This document shows positions 28,141 through 36,331 of a stretch of 42,777 nucleotides of DNA, piece by piece (position 1 is the first letter of the stretch; each line of letters starts with the position of its first letter). This DNA is from Candidatus Moraniibacteriota bacterium (lineage in GTDB: Bacteria > Patescibacteriota > Minisyncoccia > JAHIHE01 > JAGLIN01), in the NCBI GenBank assembly GCA_030638895.1, contig DAOWDS010000020.1:1-42777 (forward strand). The letters run 5' to 3'. The position numbers were made by a program, and so were the translations under genes. The notes beneath the pieces were generated by a model. That model had not been told where the DNA came from and searched no databases. It saw only the letters and a program-made list of their open reading frames with translations.

Positions 28141-28338
28141 TTATTTTTTTCTCCAACATTCAATCATCGGGTAAGGCTTCGTTGTTGTAATCTCTTTAAA
28201 TAGGTAACATTTCATGCATTGAGAATCAATGCATGTGATATGTATCCAAGAAAAATTTGGACATTGAAATCTATAATTTCCGTTTGGATTGAATGTTTGA
28301 GATTGTATTGTCCTTTTGCAAATATTTTTTTTATTCAT
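28141..28338 (-). CDS. Small Cys-rich protein downstream of hypE
   Basis: Start chosen at MNKKNICK, which has AAGGAG 10 nt upstream. Six Cys residues. The ORF track starts it 14 codons earlier, at 28380. Confidence 0.5.
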   Translation of the reverse strand: MNKKNICKRTIQSQTFNPNGNYRFQCPNFSWIHITCIDSQCMKCYLFKEITTTKPYPMIECWRKK

Positions 28339-28395
28339 CGTGTTTGTCTCCTTCGTGGCTATATTCTCTTTATGTATCATATTATTAAAAATTTG

Positions 28396-29397
28396 TCAAC
28401 ATATTCTGGGAATCAGCTTTCCTTGTGGCATTTCAATCGGTCGCAGTCCACCAATTGAAGTTCTTAAAAATACTCCTTTCCCCTTTTCAACTTCACCGAT
28501 AATTTGCGCTTCAGGATTAAATTTTTGAAGTTTTTTTACTACTTTGTCAGAATCCTTCGCCGGCACACTTGCGATAAATCTTCCTTCAGATGGAAAAGCG
28601 AAGAGATTAACTCCTAAAAGTTCGCTAATTGCCACCACATCTTTTTTAAAAGGCAAGTTTTTTTCATCAAGAATAATTTTCACTTTAGATTTTTCAGCAA
28701 TTTCATTTAAATTTTCTCCCAACCCCCCGCGAGTCGGGTCCTTGCAAACATTCAAAAATTTTGCAACGTTTTGAACCTCTCTGACCAGCGGCTGACAATC
28801 ACTTTTCAATTTTGTCTTATAATTAAACCTCTCGCTCAAAATCACCGCTCCATGCTCCCCAAGATTGCCGGAAGTAATGATTTTATCTCCAGGTTTTGCC
28901 CCGCTATTTTCAATTATACTTTTCGCAAGACCAACTCCAGACGTGGTTATCTCAATTTTATCAACTTTGCCTTTTTCAGTAACTTTTGTATCTCCCGTCA
29001 CAACTGGAATTTTTGTTTCGCGTGAAACTTTATCAATTGATTTAATGATTTTTTCAAGATCTTTTGTTGGAAATCCTTCTTCAATCACAAAACTAAGCGA
29101 TATTCCAATTGGAACTGCCCCCATCACCGATACGTCGTTTATAGTTCCGCACATCGCGATTTTTCCAATATCCCCGCCTTTAAAAAATAACGGATCAATA
29201 ATGAAGGCGTCAGTCGTAAAAGCAAGTTTTTGGTTTCCTAGGTCGTAAATCGCCGCGTCGTCGCCCGTATTTTTCCATTTTCCAGTATATTTTATTATTT
29301 TTCGCAAATCCTTGAAAAATTTCCATGAAGCTTTTCCGCCAGAACCAAGTTCAAGAGAGATTGATGAGTTTTTGTTGAATGATTTTGGTGTTGACAT
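28396..29397 (-). CDS. hypE: Hydrogenase maturation protein HypE
   Basis: AIR-synthase-like fold pattern and the diagnostic C-terminal PRIC motif. Confidence 0.9.
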   Translation of the reverse strand: MSTPKSFNKNSSISLELGSGGKASWKFFKDLRKIIKYTGKWKNTGDDAAIYDLGNQKLAFTTDAFIIDPLFFKGGDIGKIAMCGTINDVSVMGAVPIGISLSFVIEEGFPTKDLEKIIKSIDKVSRETKIPVVTGDTKVTEKGKVDKIEITTSGVGLAKSIIENSGAKPGDKIITSGNLGEHGAVILSERFNYKTKLKSDCQPLVREVQNVAKFLNVCKDPTRGGLGENLNEIAEKSKVKIILDEKNLPFKKDVVAISELLGVNLFAFPSEGRFIASVPAKDSDKVVKKLQKFNPEAQIIGEVEKGKGVFLRTSIGGLRPIEMPQGKLIPRIC

Positions 29398-29454
29398 AAT
29401 AATAATGTAAAATGTAAAAATTAAATATCAAAATTACAATTAAAAAAGATAAAA

Positions 29455-29826
29455 TTATTTTTTACCCTTTAAAGTTAAAATACTTGAAGCTATAATTTTT
29501 GATATTTCAATCAGTTCATCTAATAGCCATTTTATTTCTTCTTTATTACCTTTGTCGGTATCCCTTAAAAGTGTTAACCAAACCTTAGATTCGTTGGATG
29601 ATTTAAGAGAATAAGTAAAAAAGTTTATAAAGTCTTTTTTAGAACTGGCAGAATTTGCTTCTATGTAATTTGCTAAAATGCTTGTGCCGCTTCTTAGAAG
29701 TTGCTTTCCAATAACATTACATGTTGAATCTTTTGGCAGCTTATCAACAAACTTTATCATTCTTAAAGCCCAATTATAAAGTCTTTTTTTGAATTCATTT
29801 TTAAACTTTACATCGTCATTTTCCAT
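29455..29826 (-). CDS. Four-helix-bundle protein (23S rRNA intervening-sequence protein family)
   Basis: LRSGTSILANYIEANSASSKKDFINFFTYSLKSSNESKVWL matches the family pattern. Confidence 0.75.
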   Translation of the reverse strand: MENDDVKFKNEFKKRLYNWALRMIKFVDKLPKDSTCNVIGKQLLRSGTSILANYIEANSASSKKDFINFFTYSLKSSNESKVWLTLLRDTDKGNKEEIKWLLDELIEISKIIASSILTLKGKK

Positions 29827-29847
29827 TTTGATTTTTTAATTTTAAAT

Positions 29848-30981
29848 TTATATATATTTCGCCTCAATCCCGCAAGCACCCTCTGAAGAAACCATACACG
29901 CGCCAACCGGATTTTCAGGGGTGCATTTTTTATTAAATAATTTGCAATCTTTCGGTTGTTTAAGCCCGCGAAGAATTGTTCCGCAAAGACACTGTTTACT
30001 AATGTTATTCTGGAGTGAAACGATAGAATCCCGTAATTCAGCTCCTTGAGTTGTGGTATCGGGATTCTTCATTTCGCTATCGCTCCATTCAGAATGACAG
30101 TTTGATAAAATATTTTTATATTTAATCTTTGCATTATACTTTGAATATTTTTTTCTTATTTCTAAACCGGAATTTGGAATATTTCCAAGCCCTCTCCAAA
30201 AAGCGTTTCCTGTTTCAAAAACTTCATCAACGAGTTTCAACGCTGCTGGGTTTCCTTCGGGCCGAACAGATCTTGCATATTCGTTTTCAACTTCCGCTCT
30301 GCCTTCCGCGACTTGCCTTAAAATCATATAAATTGCAATAAGAACATCTTCTCCAGTAAAACCGGCGATAACTTGAGGTAATTTAAATTTTTTATAAGGA
30401 TCTATTCCGATTATTGTTGAAACATGTCCCGGATCTAAAAAACCGTCGATTTTTAACTGTGGAGTATCAATAATGGCTTGCATCGCGGGAACAAAAAGTT
30501 TATGAGACGAATATACGGTTAGACTTCTCTTAATCGCGCTTGCTGTCATTGGGGTCGTTGTATCAAACCCAACTCCAAAAAAAACTAGATCCTGGTTTTC
30601 TTTTTGTAATTTCAATGCGTCTTCCGTTGAATATACTTCATTAACATCCGCTCCAAGTTCGCGCGCTTTATTGAGGCTTAAACTTTGTTTTTCTTTGTCA
30701 GATTTTAAAACTAAATTTCCTGGAACGCGAAGAACATCTCCATAACAAGCAATTGGCACGCCATTTAGCGCCAGGGTTATTATCGCATCAACGTCTTTTT
30801 GGTCTGTAACACAAACCGGGCATCCAGGCCCAGAAAGAAGTTTCACGTTTTTCGGCAAAATTTTCTTAATGCCGTTTTTCGCAACTGCTTCCGTATGCGT
30901 TCCGCAAAGCTCCATAATCACAATATCGCGACTGATTTTTTTTGCGAGAGTTTCTATTTTTTTGATTATATTAAAAGTCAT
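29848..30981 (-). CDS. hypD: Hydrogenase maturation protein HypD with a 32-aa in-frame insertion
   Basis: MELCGTHTEA, GPGCPVCVT and C-terminal CTPENPVGACMVSSEGACG. Confidence 0.9.
   Translation of the reverse strand: MTFNIIKKIETLAKKISRDIVIMELCGTHTEAVAKNGIKKILPKNVKLLSGPGCPVCVTDQKDVDAIITLALNGVPIACYGDVLRVPGNLVLKSDKEKQSLSLNKARELGADVNEVYSTEDALKLQKENQDLVFFGVGFDTTTPMTASAIKRSLTVYSSHKLFVPAMQAIIDTPQLKIDGFLDPGHVSTIIGIDPYKKFKLPQVIAGFTGEDVLIAIYMILRQVAEGRAEVENEYARSVRPEGNPAALKLVDEVFETGNAFWRGLGNIPNSGLEIRKKYSKYNAKIKYKNILSNCHSEWSDSEMKNPDTTTQGAELRDSIVSLQNNISKQCLCGTILRGLKQPKDCKLFNKKCTPENPVGACMVSSEGACGIEAKYI
30003..30098 (-). repeat. In-frame palindromic-element insertion in hypD (96 bp)
   Basis: Inverted arms TGTTATTCTGGAGTGAAACGATAG / CTATCGCTCCATTCAGAATGACA with inner GAATCCCG/CGGGATTC. 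Encodes CHSEWSDSEMKNPDTTTQGAELRDSIVSLQNN. Confidence 0.7.
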
Positions 30982-31007
30982 ATATTTTTTAAATTAAATT
31001 CATTTTT

Positions 31008-31158
31008 TAAATCTACCTTTTTAATTTTGTCATTTCAGGCAACATCATCTGTCATTCCGGACTTGATCCGAAATCTTTTATCCCTTAGGTAATGCTCTGT
31101 TAATTTCACAAATCTTTTTATTACTAACCGAAGATTCTGAATTAAATTCAGAATGACA
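31008..31158 (+). repeat. Nested-palindrome MITE-like element, copy 5, in the hypC-hypD spacer
   Basis: AAATCTACCTTTTTAATTTTGTCATTTCAGG...CTGTCATTCCGGACTTGATCCGAAATC...TTCACAAATC...TAACCGAAGATTCTGAATTAAATTCAGAATGACA. Confidence 0.8.
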
Positions 31159-31171
31159 CATAAATATAATT

Positions 31172-31381
31172 TTATTTTTCCTTCAACAAATCAGAGATAT
31201 CTTTTGTATCCTTGCTCGTCAATTTCTGAATTGCAAAACCAGCATGAACAATCACATAATTACCCTTTTTCACATCAACCAGAGAAATGTTTACCTGTCT
31301 TTCTATTCCATCAAAATCAACCAATGCGATGTTGATTTTTTTGTCCACTGATTTAATTTTTCCAGGAATCGCCAAACACAT
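31172..31381 (-). CDS. hypC: Hydrogenase maturation chaperone HypC
   Basis: 69 aa starting MCLAIPGKI (essential Cys2). Confidence 0.9.
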   Translation of the reverse strand: MCLAIPGKIKSVDKKINIALVDFDGIERQVNISLVDVKKGNYVIVHAGFAIQKLTSKDTKDISDLLKEK

Positions 31382-31410
31382 TGTTGTAAAATTATGAATT
31401 AAAAATAATT

Positions 31411-31446
31411 ACCCCCTCCCCGATAAGGGATGGTTGGGGGTGGGTT
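31411..31446 (-). terminator. GC-rich hairpin between hypC and the upstream ORF
   Basis: ACCCCCTCCCC-GATAA-GGGATGGTTGGGGGTGGGT. On the minus strand it is followed by AT/T-rich sequence. Confidence 0.4.
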
Positions 31447-31495
31447 TAAAATTTTAACTAAATCTTTTATATTCTCTGAGTAAAATAGTGATTTA

Positions 31496-31765
31496 TCACA
31501 ATGCTACTTTCTTAAATATCTCCTCTGTTTTTTCCAGTTCTAATTTAATTATTTTATATTTATCCAGTAATGCTTGTGGAACAGACTTGCCTGTATTTTC
31601 TATCATGCTAATTTCTGATTGACAAATTGTAATTTGTTTTCTCAGCCATCTCACATATTTTTCTTTCGTCATCAATGATTTTTTTCGCATTAAATATTCC
31701 GGAGTTATTTTTTCTAACTCCCAATTAAAACCAAAAACTATATTTTTAATAAAATCTAGAATCAT
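31496..31765 (-). CDS. Hypothetical protein (89 aa)
   Basis: ORF only; helical and charged; no recognised family. Confidence 0.45.
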   Translation of the reverse strand: MILDFIKNIVFGFNWELEKITPEYLMRKKSLMTKEKYVRWLRKQITICQSEISMIENTGKSVPQALLDKYKIIKLELEKTEEIFKKVAL

Positions 31766-31786
31766 AATTTAATTTTAATTTTTTAT

Positions 31787-32425
31787 TTATCTCATTGCCC
31801 CTTCAAACCTCTCATTTACCTTTTTCCAATTCACAACTTTCCAAAAAGCCTCAATATATTTCTCGCGGTCGTTTTTGTAATCAATGTAATAAGCGTGTTC
31901 CCAAACATCAAGCACAAGCAGAATCTTGAAGCTAGGATAGACATTCACATTGTGTTTTTCAATCTGCATCAGGATCGGTCGGTTTGTGCATTTGCAATAT
32001 GCTAAAGCCGCCCAGCCAGATCCTTCAACGCTTAAAGCTGTCTGAGTGAATTCTTTTTGAAATCTTTCAAAACTTCCAAATTCATTATTTATCGCAAGTA
32101 AGATGTTCCCGTTTGGCTTTCCTTTTTCATCATTTGTCGGAGTAAGATTATTCCAAAAAAGAGAATGTAAAAGATATCCACCGAGATGAAAGGATTGATT
32201 TTTCAAAACTGATTTCATATCCAAATCAATATTTTTTTCTCTTGCTTTTTTAAGTTTTTCAAATGACGCATTAATACCAGCGACATATCCAGCATGATGT
32301 TTTTGATGATGAATTCTAAGCTGTTTTTCGGAAATGAACGGAACAAGCGCTCCATATTTATAAGGAAGTTCGGGCAAAGAATAAAATTTATTATTATTTT
32401 TTTCCATATTTATTATCTTATTCAT
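31787..32425 (-). CDS. Fe/Mn superoxide dismutase
   Basis: HHQKHHAGYV and DVWEHAYYIDY metal-ligand motifs. Confidence 0.9.
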   Translation of the reverse strand: MNKIINMEKNNNKFYSLPELPYKYGALVPFISEKQLRIHHQKHHAGYVAGINASFEKLKKAREKNIDLDMKSVLKNQSFHLGGYLLHSLFWNNLTPTNDEKGKPNGNILLAINNEFGSFERFQKEFTQTALSVEGSGWAALAYCKCTNRPILMQIEKHNVNVYPSFKILLVLDVWEHAYYIDYKNDREKYIEAFWKVVNWKKVNERFEGAMR

Positions 32426-32526
32426 TAATAAATAAATGTCATAAATGCACTATATGCTTATTTTTATATTTTATACTATAAATTACATTATGACAAAAAA
32501 ATAAACAATAAACGTACTTAATATTT

Positions 32527-32555
32527 TTGACAATAGCAGTGTTTTGTTGTATAAT
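32527..32555 (+). promoter_or_regulatory. Perfect consensus sigma70 promoter
   Basis: TTGACA (32527-32532), 17 bp spacer, TG-TATAAT (-10 at 32550-32555). Confidence 0.65.
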
Positions 32556-32652
32556 ATATTATTTATCTCTATTATAACATATTTTATGATTATTTTCAAG
32601 TCATTTAGGTAATGTGTACACACATATTGCACTTTTGCTAGAATAAGAGCAT

Positions 32653-32844
32653 ATGTCAAAAACTATGCCACAATCAACACAAGAGGAAAAGTATAGATGG
32701 ATAAAGCCAATATTAGATAGAGAAATAACAATTAATAATATGAGTAAGGTATGCCCTTTCTCAGAAAGGTCGATAAAGTGTTGGTTAGCTAACTTTAGAA
32801 AGTATGGAATAGAAGGATTAAAAAATTTGACTTTACTGTTCTAA
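32653..32844 (+). pseudogene. Truncated HTH fragment resembling the N-terminus of IS481/IS630-type transposases
   Basis: 63 aa: KYRWIKPILDREITINNMSKVCPFSERSIKCWLANFRKYGIEGL, then the ORF stops. No catalytic domain follows. Confidence 0.4.
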
Positions 32845-32874
32845 AACAGCCAACTATTCCAATACTAATATAAT

Positions 32875-32890
32875 TGTTTCACGTGAAACA
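32875..32890. promoter_or_regulatory. parS: parS centromere-like site A (perfect consensus)
   Basis: TGTTTCACGTGAAACA; extended palindrome AATTGTTTCACGTGAAACAATT at 32872-32893. Confidence 0.8.
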
Positions 32891-33164
32891 ATTGAGAATG
32901 TCGTTTTAAGCCTATTTATAAAAAATCATAACTTACACTATTAATACGTATTTATATATGAAAGAATAGAAAGTACTAAACTAAATTCAGCGCAACAATG
33001 GTTGTTGTCAAATTAGAATTCATAATAACATACTAACATAATCACGTAATAACATTTTAACATAACAATTATGCGTAGTAATTTTAATTGTTAAAATGCT
33101 ATTATTAGGACGCAGAAAAATACTTTTTATAGCTGTCTATAAATAATACTATACCAGAAATAAG

Positions 33165-33295
33165 AAAGGTTCAGGTTGGACTTGTTTAGTTTATAGATCT
33201 CGCAGTCGTTATCGCTCTTTCGAGATGACAAAAGTGTTCTTCTGCAGTCTAACCCGTATTAACACAATGCTTCGACAAGTTCAGGATGTCATTTA
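33165..33295. repeat. Degenerate MITE-like element
   Basis: Contains CGAGATGACAAAAG and GACAAGTTCAGGATGTCAT (the latter is the reverse complement of the copy-1 head) plus the inner inverted repeat ATCTCG/CGAGAT. Confidence 0.45.
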
Positions 33296-33383
33296 TACAT
33301 ATTATTTATCCAAACGAGTAAGTCCTATTAATGTAAATAGATATGTCAACGCATTGAAACATTATAACAAGACATTAAATTTG

Positions 33384-35030
33384 CTATTCTTGAGTGTTTC
33401 TTGAAATTGCCAGTATTAAGGCTAAAACTAACCAAAAGATTAAACGACCCTGTTGTAATGTCCAAAAATAATGATCAAATATTCCTATAAATAAAAATGA
33501 TATTAATATTGCGATTAAAAAATAGTTTAATTTCCTTATATCTAAAATTGTTTCACGTGAAACAATTTTTATTGATCCTAAAATAACATATATTATAAAA
33601 AGAAGGAAAATTAATAAGCCAACCAAGCCAATCTCAGAGGCAATTAAAAAATAGATATTATGAGCGGGCTGATATTGCCATGACTCAAGTTCTTGTTTGA
33701 TATTATTATTTTCAAGATAATTATTGATTTGAAAAATAGATGTTCCTATTCCAGAACCAAAAAGAAAATTGTTTGAAATTGTTTCACGTGAAACAATATT
33801 ATAAAATGTTCTATCAGAAAAAGCAGAATTATTAGACAAAGTATCGTTACTAAACAAAGCTCCGTCAATTCGCGCTTGAATTAAAGAAAAATTTGAAATA
33901 ATTAAAAATAAAGATAAAAAACAAACAATAATTAATTCTTTATAGCAAAAAAGTAATTTTAGTATTTTTTTATAATTATTAACTGGTTTTAATAAAATTG
34001 TTTCACGTGAAACAATTTTATGGTCATAAAGATAAAGCACGCTTATCACAAATAAAGACAACAAAAATCCTATCCAAGCAGTTCTCGAAAATGTAAAAAA
34101 TATCGCCGCAGTTTGAACAAATATAAGAGTTATCCATAATAAAGAATATAATATATCTTGACTTTGGATACTATTTATGTTATTATATTGAAATAATCTT
34201 AAAAATTTAATTGTTTTAATATACACAAATTTAAATATTTGTGTCAAACAAATGTAAATAAACATTTTCTTATTTTCTGAATATGCTCTAAAGTCTAATT
34301 GACTTGACAAACTACATCTTTTATGTTCTAAATATAAATAAATTGTAATTACTGTCGTAAAAATTAAAAAACCTCCAAGAATGTTTGGATGAGGAAAAGT
34401 TCCATAAGCTCTTATTATTTTTTCACCGTCCACTGCTATCTTTGCAACTCCCGGAATTTGCGGACCAATAACTGATTCTCCTGTAATTTTAGCCAAAATT
34501 GGAGAAGAAAAAACTGAATGTTGCGCAATAAACTGATAAATTGCGATAAGACTCTGTAAAAAGCCGGAGAAAACTATAATAAACAAGCTCGTAAACAATG
34601 TTTTACTGTTTTTAAAATTAAAATAAACAAAAATCACTAAAAGAGATAATTCTATTAATTTAACTGTTTGAAAAATGTTTATTTTTGGATAATTATTGTT
34701 AATTGCTAAATTTAGCGTTATCCAAATAAAAAAAACAAGTAAAAACAACCAGACTTTGGGCAGCTTAGCTCCCTTTTTAAATTTATTATATATAGATTTA
34801 GATACTTCACTTAAGTAGGAAAAATTTTTAAAAATAAAAAAGATCCAAAAAAATATAGCTAAGATCAAAAAAATATCAGACGCATAGACAAACAAGGTTG
34901 TCCATTCAGTAAATGCGTCACTATAGAATGAATAATCAGTCAAAAAAACCTTCCTCGTTTGAAAGGGGATTAAAAATAGAAATAAATAGAAAAAATAGAT
35001 GTGTAGATTGTTAAGTTTTATCAACTTCAT
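33384..35030 (-). CDS. O-antigen ligase/polymerase (Wzy_C) family membrane protein carrying three in-frame parS sites
   Basis: 548 aa polytopic protein; FTFSRTAWIGFLLSLFV and QPAHNIYFLIASEIGLVGL motifs; IVSRETI appears three times. Confidence 0.75.
   Translation of the reverse strand: MKLIKLNNLHIYFFYLFLFLIPFQTRKVFLTDYSFYSDAFTEWTTLFVYASDIFLILAIFFWIFFIFKNFSYLSEVSKSIYNKFKKGAKLPKVWLFLLVFFIWITLNLAINNNYPKINIFQTVKLIELSLLVIFVYFNFKNSKTLFTSLFIIVFSGFLQSLIAIYQFIAQHSVFSSPILAKITGESVIGPQIPGVAKIAVDGEKIIRAYGTFPHPNILGGFLIFTTVITIYLYLEHKRCSLSSQLDFRAYSENKKMFIYICLTQIFKFVYIKTIKFLRLFQYNNINSIQSQDILYSLLWITLIFVQTAAIFFTFSRTAWIGFLLSLFVISVLYLYDHKIVSRETILLKPVNNYKKILKLLFCYKELIIVCFLSLFLIISNFSLIQARIDGALFSNDTLSNNSAFSDRTFYNIVSRETISNNFLFGSGIGTSIFQINNYLENNNIKQELESWQYQPAHNIYFLIASEIGLVGLLIFLLFIIYVILGSIKIVSRETILDIRKLNYFLIAILISFLFIGIFDHYFWTLQQGRLIFWLVLALILAISRNTQE
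33549..33564. promoter_or_regulatory. parS: parS site B
   Basis: TGTTTCACGTGAAACA within the 26 bp palindrome AAAATTGTTTCACGTGAAACAATTTT (33544-33569). Confidence 0.8.
33780..33795. promoter_or_regulatory. parS: parS site C
   Basis: TGTTTCACGTGAAACA, preceded by a partial duplication AAAATTGTTTGAAATTGTTT. Confidence 0.8.
33999..34014. promoter_or_regulatory. parS: parS site D
   Basis: TGTTTCACGTGAAACA within AAAATTGTTTCACGTGAAACAATTTT (33994-34019). Confidence 0.8.
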
Positions 35031-35400
35031 TAAGATTAAATAAACTTCACGCGCTTGTTTTATTTTATATAAGGGGGATTAAAAGGGTTTTAAATATGAA
35101 GTTATAATTATAAAATTTCATATTATTTATAGACACGTAATTAATCACATCTCTACTAAATTCATTTTTAATTTACAGCTTTTTGATATTCCAAATTTCT
35201 CCCCAATCTTTCTTTTGTCATAGGAGTGGTTTGTGTCGAAATTCCTCAGTAATAAATTAGTTCCGAACATGGTTTCAGTTTAGCAAATGTTATCTTAAAT
35301 TACAAATATTTTATCAGAATGATAAAACCTAAATTAGATAAAAATTTTTAGAGTCAGAGATCTTTGTAAAATTTGGAATAGAATTTAATGGGGATAGGAG

Positions 35401-36315
35401 TTGACAAGAATTGCAAATGACTACCTAACTTGGTATGGAAAATATAAGAATGGATGGTGGGATCAATTTCTAGCCAAAGAGTCTATAAATAAACCAACCT
35501 CCACTTTAACAAAAGGATTCAGTTCAACTGAACTATGGTTTGTTAAGGGAGTAGACCAGCAATATTGGTTTACGGGAATGACATCTATCTCAAGTTCCGA
35601 TGATTCTCTGTCAAGTATCGTTTTGGTCGGTTCGCGCGATCAAAAGATATATGAATACGATATTAGTGGTCCAAATGAGCAGTCCATTATAAGCGCTGTC
35701 CAATCGGCAGTTTCAAACTATGACAACAGAGTAGCTGGCCCACCAATACCACATAATTATGGTGGAAAACTAACATATACAGTTCCAATTGACGCAGAAG
35801 ATGATCAGGGAAAGAGGATATTAATGGAAATTGCATTTGTAGATGCATCTTCATCAATGCCACATGTTGAGTATGCGACTACAAAAGCAGAAGCATTTAA
35901 TAATTTCAGAAAATATATGGGCGGAAAAGGATTTGAATTTACATTTTCATCTTCAAGTTCGTATCAAGAAATTATTGGATCTGTAAAACGATTCGCTGAC
36001 ATGTCTATAAACGGAAATTCTGTTTATAGAATCTGGCTGAATAATTCCGAGATAATTTTTGAAATTGTTCCCTTTATTAATCCAGAGGTAACAATTACTC
36101 AAGAAGGTGATATGGTTAAACTATTCTATGATGATAACACCGAAACCGTTGTTGTTGTCAGCAACTTTGATAACTTGGATATTGAAGCTAGGAAAGGACA
36201 GGACCAAAAAGAATTTAAAAAAGATAAAGAGGTGAGAGACAAAAAGAAAGAGGTATTAAGTGATATAGAAACTTTAGAAAGAGAACAAGATAAATTGAGA
36301 AATAGTCTCGATTAG
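35401..36315 (+). CDS. Hypothetical protein with charged coiled-coil C-terminus; start uncertain
   Basis: 304-codon ORF starting at TTG. The first in-frame ATG is about 60 codons in. No TM or signal peptide; no recognised family. Confidence 0.45.
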   Translation: MTRIANDYLTWYGKYKNGWWDQFLAKESINKPTSTLTKGFSSTELWFVKGVDQQYWFTGMTSISSSDDSLSSIVLVGSRDQKIYEYDISGPNEQSIISAVQSAVSNYDNRVAGPPIPHNYGGKLTYTVPIDAEDDQGKRILMEIAFVDASSSMPHVEYATTKAEAFNNFRKYMGGKGFEFTFSSSSSYQEIIGSVKRFADMSINGNSVYRIWLNNSEIIFEIVPFINPEVTITQEGDMVKLFYDDNTETVVVVSNFDNLDIEARKGQDQKEFKKDKEVRDKKKEVLSDIETLEREQDKLRNSLD

Positions 36316-36331
36316 ATCTTCAAATAAACTT

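Noticed and set aside
28219-29248. Plus-strand ORFs across hypE and the Cys-rich ORF (28219-28458, 28316-28528, 28544-28774, 28771-29025, 28865-29248)
   Set aside because: They are antisense shadows of hypE, which carries the diagnostic PRIC terminus.
30129-31335. Plus-strand ORFs 30129-30341, 30799-31092 and 31153-31335
   Set aside because: They are antisense to hypD or hypC, or read through the MITE-like copy. The VIPDLIRNL-type peptide is the usual translation artefact of the repeat head.
33544-34019. Regularly spaced identical repeats that could suggest a CRISPR array
   Set aside because: The repeats are perfect palindromes identical to parS, spaced 219-231 bp apart (far beyond spacer sizes), lie inside an intact ORF, and no cas genes are present.
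32430-35400. oriC next to the parS cluster
   Set aside because: Only scattered 8/9 matches to TTATCCACA are present (for example TTATCCAAA near 33308 and 34722, TTATCCATA near 34132). Such matches are expected by chance in AT-rich DNA. No dnaA or dnaN gene is nearby, and no box cluster is visible.
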